A DNA stretch of 64,000 bases, taken from the NCBI GenBank assembly GCA_030603395.1, contig JAUVXX010000001.1, forward strand, positions 104,921-168,920, read 5' to 3'. Under the pieces are notes generated by a model that saw only the letters and a program-made list of their open reading frames with translations, ran no database searches and was not told the origin of the DNA. Below are positions 60,915 to 64,000 of the stretch, piece after piece. Source of the stretch: a bacterium (lineage in GTDB: Bacteria; Patescibacteriota; Minisyncoccia; Minisyncoccales; CG1-02-41-26). Both the position numbers and the translations under genes were made by a program. The number at the start of each line of letters is the position of its first letter. Within the stretch, counting starts at the first letter, position 1.

Positions 60915-61472
60915 ATGAGACAGCAAGACTATAATAGAATGAAAAGGATATTAGAGAAAAGAATCGATGGTTTAATGAAAAACGGACATTACATCGAGGT
61001 TATTTTATTTATGGCAGCAATTATAGAAAAAGAGCTTCAGACAATACTTGAACGATATGAAAAATTGATACGCGACTACTTAAGTTACAAAAAAGGGAAA
61101 AAGCTAAAATTTTCCATTCAAGAGTTCACCAAAAGAAATATTCAAAAAATGACACTTGGACAATTAATTGGCTACGTTTCAATAATGTGTGAAAATAAGT
61201 CGTTATTAAAAGATCTCAATCGCTTTAATAATTTGAGAGTTGCTATTATACATGGATTATTTTCGGCTAAATCGATTCCTAAGCTAGAAAATAGGGTAAA
61301 GACTTATTTACAAAAAAAGAGTTTTTGGAGGGTTATGATAAAAACATCTACTTTAGAAATATTAATATCGAAAAGAATACTAGATAATAATACGAGAGAA
61401 CTAGTAGCCGTCAAAAGAAGATTAGCTCGGATAAAAAAAAGGTTAAAAAAAGCGAGACAAACAAAGTCATAA
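60915..61472 (+). CDS. Hypothetical protein with Rx4H (HEPN-like) motif and basic C-terminal tail
   Basis: ..FNNLRVAIIHGLF.. (R-x4-H-G). 185 aa. Tail: VKRRLARIKKRLKKARQTKS. Confidence 0.4.
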   Translation: MRQQDYNRMKRILEKRIDGLMKNGHYIEVILFMAAIIEKELQTILERYEKLIRDYLSYKKGKKLKFSIQEFTKRNIQKMTLGQLIGYVSIMCENKSLLKDLNRFNNLRVAIIHGLFSAKSIPKLENRVKTYLQKKSFWRVMIKTSTLEILISKRILDNNTRELVAVKRRLARIKKRLKKARQTKS

Positions 61473-61517
61473 TATTTCAACGAGCTTAATTATGGGTGAA
61501 TACCATGCAAAGCATAT

Positions 61518-61609
61518 AATGTCTGACAAGATAGTGCCTCATACGTCTCACTTTGTGCAATGTCAGACAAGATGATGGTGGCGACCAAGTGTCGTATAAG
61601 TGTCAGACT
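61518..61609. promoter_or_regulatory. Three TGTC-N-GACA palindromic boxes at about 40-bp spacing in a non-coding stretch
   Basis: aaTGTCtGACAagat at 61518-61532, aaTGTCaGACAagat at 61559-61573 and TGTCaGACt at 61601-61609. Confidence 0.4.
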
Positions 61610-61650
61610 AGGTATATTGTTAATCCCACATCATAGATTGAACGAATCAA

Positions 61651-61683
61651 AATCGCCAAGAAGGCGATTTTTTGGTAGAATAA
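61651..61683 (+). repeat. Repeat A copy 2 (intrinsic terminator hairpin)
   Basis: aatcgccaagaaggcgattttttggtagaataa. Confidence 0.9.
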
Positions 61684-61687
61684 AACT

Positions 61688-61921
61688 ATGCAAATACAAA
61701 TCAAAAATTTATCTATCGGAGGTTTAACACTAAACATAATAGGTTCTATTCTATTGGTTTTCTCTGTAAGGCCCTACCCACATAATTGGTTTACTGCAGT
61801 TGACAGCGAAACCAAGTATTTTATGGCATACATTGACCCCTTGGTTTTAAATATAGGCTTGTGTTTAATAATAGTAGGATTCACGCTTCAATTAATAGAT
61901 AAGTTTATTGAGAAAAGATAA
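61688..61921 (+). CDS. 77-aa two-TM membrane protein
   Basis: Two hydrophobic helices (GGLTLNIIGSILLVFSV and LVLNIGLCLIIVGFTL). Lies between repeat A2 and repeat B2. Confidence 0.45.
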   Translation: MQIQIKNLSIGGLTLNIIGSILLVFSVRPYPHNWFTAVDSETKYFMAYIDPLVLNIGLCLIIVGFTLQLIDKFIEKR

Positions 61922-61938
61922 AATTCTATAACTCAAAA

Positions 61939-61973
61939 AATTAATTGAGTAAATTTATGGATATAGAAGAAGT
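61939..61973 (+). repeat. Repeat B copy 2 (authentic nitroreductase 5' end)
   Basis: aattaattgagtaaatttatggatatagaagaagt. Confidence 0.9.
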
Positions 61974-62466
61974 TATTCGAAAAAGGTATAGTTGCCGGAG
62001 CTATAAAGATACTCCGGTGCCAGAGGAAAAATTAAAAAATATTCTTGAAGCGGCTCAGCTTGCTCCTTCGGCTTCAAATCGTCAGCCATATAAATTTATT
62101 ATTATTAAAGATAAAGGGAAAAGAGAAAAATTAGCTGAAGCAGCCGGCCAAAGTTTTATTGCCACTGCTGCAATTATAGTTGCTGGTGTTTCTTTGGAGC
62201 CAGAAAAAATAATGGGTTGTGAAGTTCCAACTTACGCCGTTGATTTGGCAATTGCCATGGAGCACATAGCCCTTCAAGCTTGTGAGGAGGGATTAGGAAC
62301 GTGCTGGATAGGAGCCTTTCCACAGCAAGAAACAAAAAAAATTCTTGAGATTCCCGAAGAATATAAAATAGTTACCTTGATGCCGCTCGGCTACCCAGTA
62401 GATTCCCCCGGACCAAAAGACAGAAAGAATTTAGATGAGCTAGTCTCTTATGAAAAATTTGATTAA
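61957..62466 (+). CDS. Nitroreductase family protein
   Basis: RYSCRSYKDTPVPEEKLKNILEAAQLAPSASNRQPYKFIII. I start at ATG 61957; the ORF track uses TTG 61945. Confidence 0.85.
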   Translation: MDIEEVIRKRYSCRSYKDTPVPEEKLKNILEAAQLAPSASNRQPYKFIIIKDKGKREKLAEAAGQSFIATAAIIVAGVSLEPEKIMGCEVPTYAVDLAIAMEHIALQACEEGLGTCWIGAFPQQETKKILEIPEEYKIVTLMPLGYPVDSPGPKDRKNLDELVSYEKFD

Positions 62467-62472
62467 AGAAAT

Positions 62473-62492
62473 AATCAATTTTAGCTAAAGCA
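62473..62492 (+). repeat. Intergenic 20-nt motif copy 1 (AATCAATTTTAGCNRAAGCA)
   Basis: aatcaattttagctaaagca. Ends 6 nt before the ATG at 62499. Confidence 0.8.
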
Positions 62493-62498
62493 AAATCA

Positions 62499-62972
62499 AT
62501 GAATATAATAAAGATTTTCTTAGTAATTTCTAACGGGCTGATGGCTTTGTTGGCCACACTTATTTTCTTTTTGAAATATAAGATCAGATTTTTGGATTGG
62601 TTAATGATAAATACCTGCACGCCTTCAGTGGCAATTTTTATTTACGCGGTCTTAACTGGTAATAAAATAGTTATGGGTGTTGCCTCTGCTTTGATGTTTT
62701 TTTATGGCATTTTAAGTCTCTTCATTTTTTCCTGGCAAGGAAAACACATTTTTCCCCAAATAGGTCATCTTCTTATGATCGCTGGCGCATCTTACATTCT
62801 TTTTGAAATTGCAAGAGAAGGAGAGTTCATTTCATTTTTGATCGGTGTAATAATGGGAATAATTATTATTATCCCTTTTGGCATATATCAGGCTCGATAT
62901 CTTAGAATTCATCGAGAAGTTATTGAAAAATTAAAAGACCCAAAATTTGAAAGAATAATCTTGGGTAAATAA
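62499..62972 (+). CDS. Hypothetical membrane protein (about 5 TM)
   Basis: Hydrophobic helices throughout. No family recognised. Confidence 0.5.
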   Translation: MNIIKIFLVISNGLMALLATLIFFLKYKIRFLDWLMINTCTPSVAIFIYAVLTGNKIVMGVASALMFFYGILSLFIFSWQGKHIFPQIGHLLMIAGASYILFEIAREGEFISFLIGVIMGIIIIIPFGIYQARYLRIHREVIEKLKDPKFERIILGK

Positions 62973-62988
62973 GAGAATATAGTAAACC

Positions 62989-63008
62989 AATCAATTTTAG
63001 CAAAAGCA
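62989..63008 (+). repeat. Intergenic 20-nt motif copy 2
   Basis: aatcaattttagcaaaagca. Ends 20 nt before the ATG at 63029. Confidence 0.8.
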
Positions 63009-63028
63009 TTTAAGGGAGAGTTAGGAAA

Positions 63029-63865
63029 ATGAAAAAACAACAGTTAATGAGAAATTTTTCAATAGGTATTTTTGATTCTGGCTTTGGGGGTTTACATATT
63101 ATGAGAGAGATAGTTAAAGAATTGCCAGAATATAGCTATATATATTTGGGTGATACTGCAAGAACTCCATATGGCACTCGCTCTCAAGAGACAGTCTATA
63201 ACTTTACTAAGCAGGCAGTAGAATTTCTTCTTGGACAGAAATGCTGGTTGATAGTTTTAGCTTGTAATACAATTTCAAGTGAGGCCCTTCGTAAAATTCA
63301 GAAAGAATATTTAACCAGCCATTATCCTAAAAGACGAGTCTTGGGGGTACTCATTCCTGCAGCAGAATTGGCAGTTGGGGAAACTGATAATAATCGGGTC
63401 GGAGTTATTGCCACAGAAGGGAGTGTGGGTTCCGGAGCCTTTGAGAGAGAAGTAAAAAAACTTGACCCTAAAATAAGAGTTTTTCAAAAATCTTGCCCCT
63501 TATTGATGCCAATAGTAGAAGCTGGGGAGCAAAATTCTGAAATAGTAGAAATAGTTCTTAAAAAATACCTTGCCCCTTTAGTTAAGAAGAATATTGACAC
63601 TTTGATTCTAGGATGTACCCATTACGGTCTATTGGAAGGGAAGATTAAAAACGTCTTGGGTAGCAAGATAAAAGTTATTGGGGAAGGAAAAATAGTTGCT
63701 AAGAAATTAAAAGATTATTTACTAAAACACCCGGAGATCGAAAGGAATCTCAATAAAAATTCGAGAAGAACATTTTTCACTACTGATTTAACTGATAGGT
63801 TCAGGCTTTTGGGAAGCAAATTTTTCGGCAGGCCAATTGTGCCAGAGAAAATAAAATTAGAATAG
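63029..63865 (+). CDS. murI: Glutamate racemase
   Basis: IGIFDSGFGGL, LACNTIS and LGCTHYG motifs. Confidence 0.9.
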   Translation: MKKQQLMRNFSIGIFDSGFGGLHIMREIVKELPEYSYIYLGDTARTPYGTRSQETVYNFTKQAVEFLLGQKCWLIVLACNTISSEALRKIQKEYLTSHYPKRRVLGVLIPAAELAVGETDNNRVGVIATEGSVGSGAFEREVKKLDPKIRVFQKSCPLLMPIVEAGEQNSEIVEIVLKKYLAPLVKKNIDTLILGCTHYGLLEGKIKNVLGSKIKVIGEGKIVAKKLKDYLLKHPEIERNLNKNSRRTFFTTDLTDRFRLLGSKFFGRPIVPEKIKLE

Positions 63866-63901
63866 AGAAAATTAGAGACATTTCTGAATTTTAAATTAAA
63901 C

Positions 63902-63921
63902 AATCAATTTTAGCCGAAGCA
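63902..63921 (+). repeat. Intergenic 20-nt motif copy 3
   Basis: aatcaattttagccgaagca. Ends 7 nt before the ATG at 63929. Confidence 0.8.
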
Positions 63922-63928
63922 TTGAAAT

Positions 63929-64000
63929 ATGGTAATTATCAAATCAAAACATTTTATATTAAGGCCATTCAGGAAAGGGGATGAGAAATCTCTGATAGAA
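63929..64000 (+). CDS. Partial CDS (3'-truncated by window), possibly GNAT acetyltransferase
   Basis: MVIIKSKHFILRPFRKGDEKSLIE resembles the N-terminus of RimJ/RimL-type GNATs. Only 24 codons are visible. Confidence 0.35.
   Translation, partial: MVIIKSKHFILRPFRKGDEKSLIE

Noticed and set aside
51118-61973. Annotating the defence island as a defined mobile element (ICE, prophage or transposon)
   Set aside because: No integrase, transposase, relaxase, phage structural genes or terminal inverted repeats were seen. Only indirect signs are present (tRNA-like element, excisionase-type HTH, duplicated junctions), so it is reported as a finding rather than a mobile_element feature.
62473-63921. Possible CRISPR-like array from the repeated 20-nt motif
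   Set aside because: The copies are separated by about 500-900 nt of ordinary protein-coding genes, not by short spacers. There are no cas genes in the window.

Overview
This 64-kb window comes from a low-GC bacterial genome with small, tightly packed genes. Its gene content looks like a Candidate Phyla Radiation / Patescibacteria organism. That is an inference from T4SS-pilin-like and lamin-tail-domain proteins, archease-RtcB, a presenilin homologue, a BMP-type nucleoside-scavenging transporter and minimal enzyme versions.

The window contains:
- The chromosomal origin neighbourhood (jag-yidC-yidD-rnpA-rpmH divergent from dnaA-dnaN).
- Many DNA repair and replication genes: ruvC, ruvB, ruvA, uvrB, mutM, polA, holA.
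- Cell-envelope genes: a class A PBP, a Mur ligase, murI and an LD-transpeptidase/DD-carboxypeptidase fusion.
- Two histidine kinases and two stand-alone receivers, next to an orphan LivJ-type binding protein and a dCache membrane protein.
- One tRNA-Arg(CCG).
- An AT-rich accessory/defence island at about 51.1-62.0 kb.

The island holds an HTH-Doc toxin-antitoxin pair, radC and a BcgI-like nuclease-methylase with an S subunit. An Abi_C-like gene splits that pair, and there is no HsdR. It also holds a ParB-like/PD-(D/E)xK fusion protein, a Dam-like methylase with a small BglII-like nuclease, and two adjacent Rx4H (HEPN-like) proteins. The HEPN-like pair sits inside a cassette flanked by duplicated 33- and 35-nt junction sequences.

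Other points worth a second look:
- A Cys-rich exported-protein operon ending in a pilin-like fusion (1-3.4 kb).
- A Glu-rich 47-codon leader ORF and hairpin ahead of the PBP.
- A promoter/terminator-bounded candidate sRNA (14.2 kb).
- An archease-rtcB-KKxxx repeat-DUF763 cluster.
- 7-nt tandem repeats inside uvrB and the Mur ligase.
- A tRNA-like element at the island edge.
- A 20-nt motif repeated in three consecutive intergenic regions.

No rRNA, CRISPR array, transposase or integrase was seen. All family assignments are motif recognition by eye; no searches were run.
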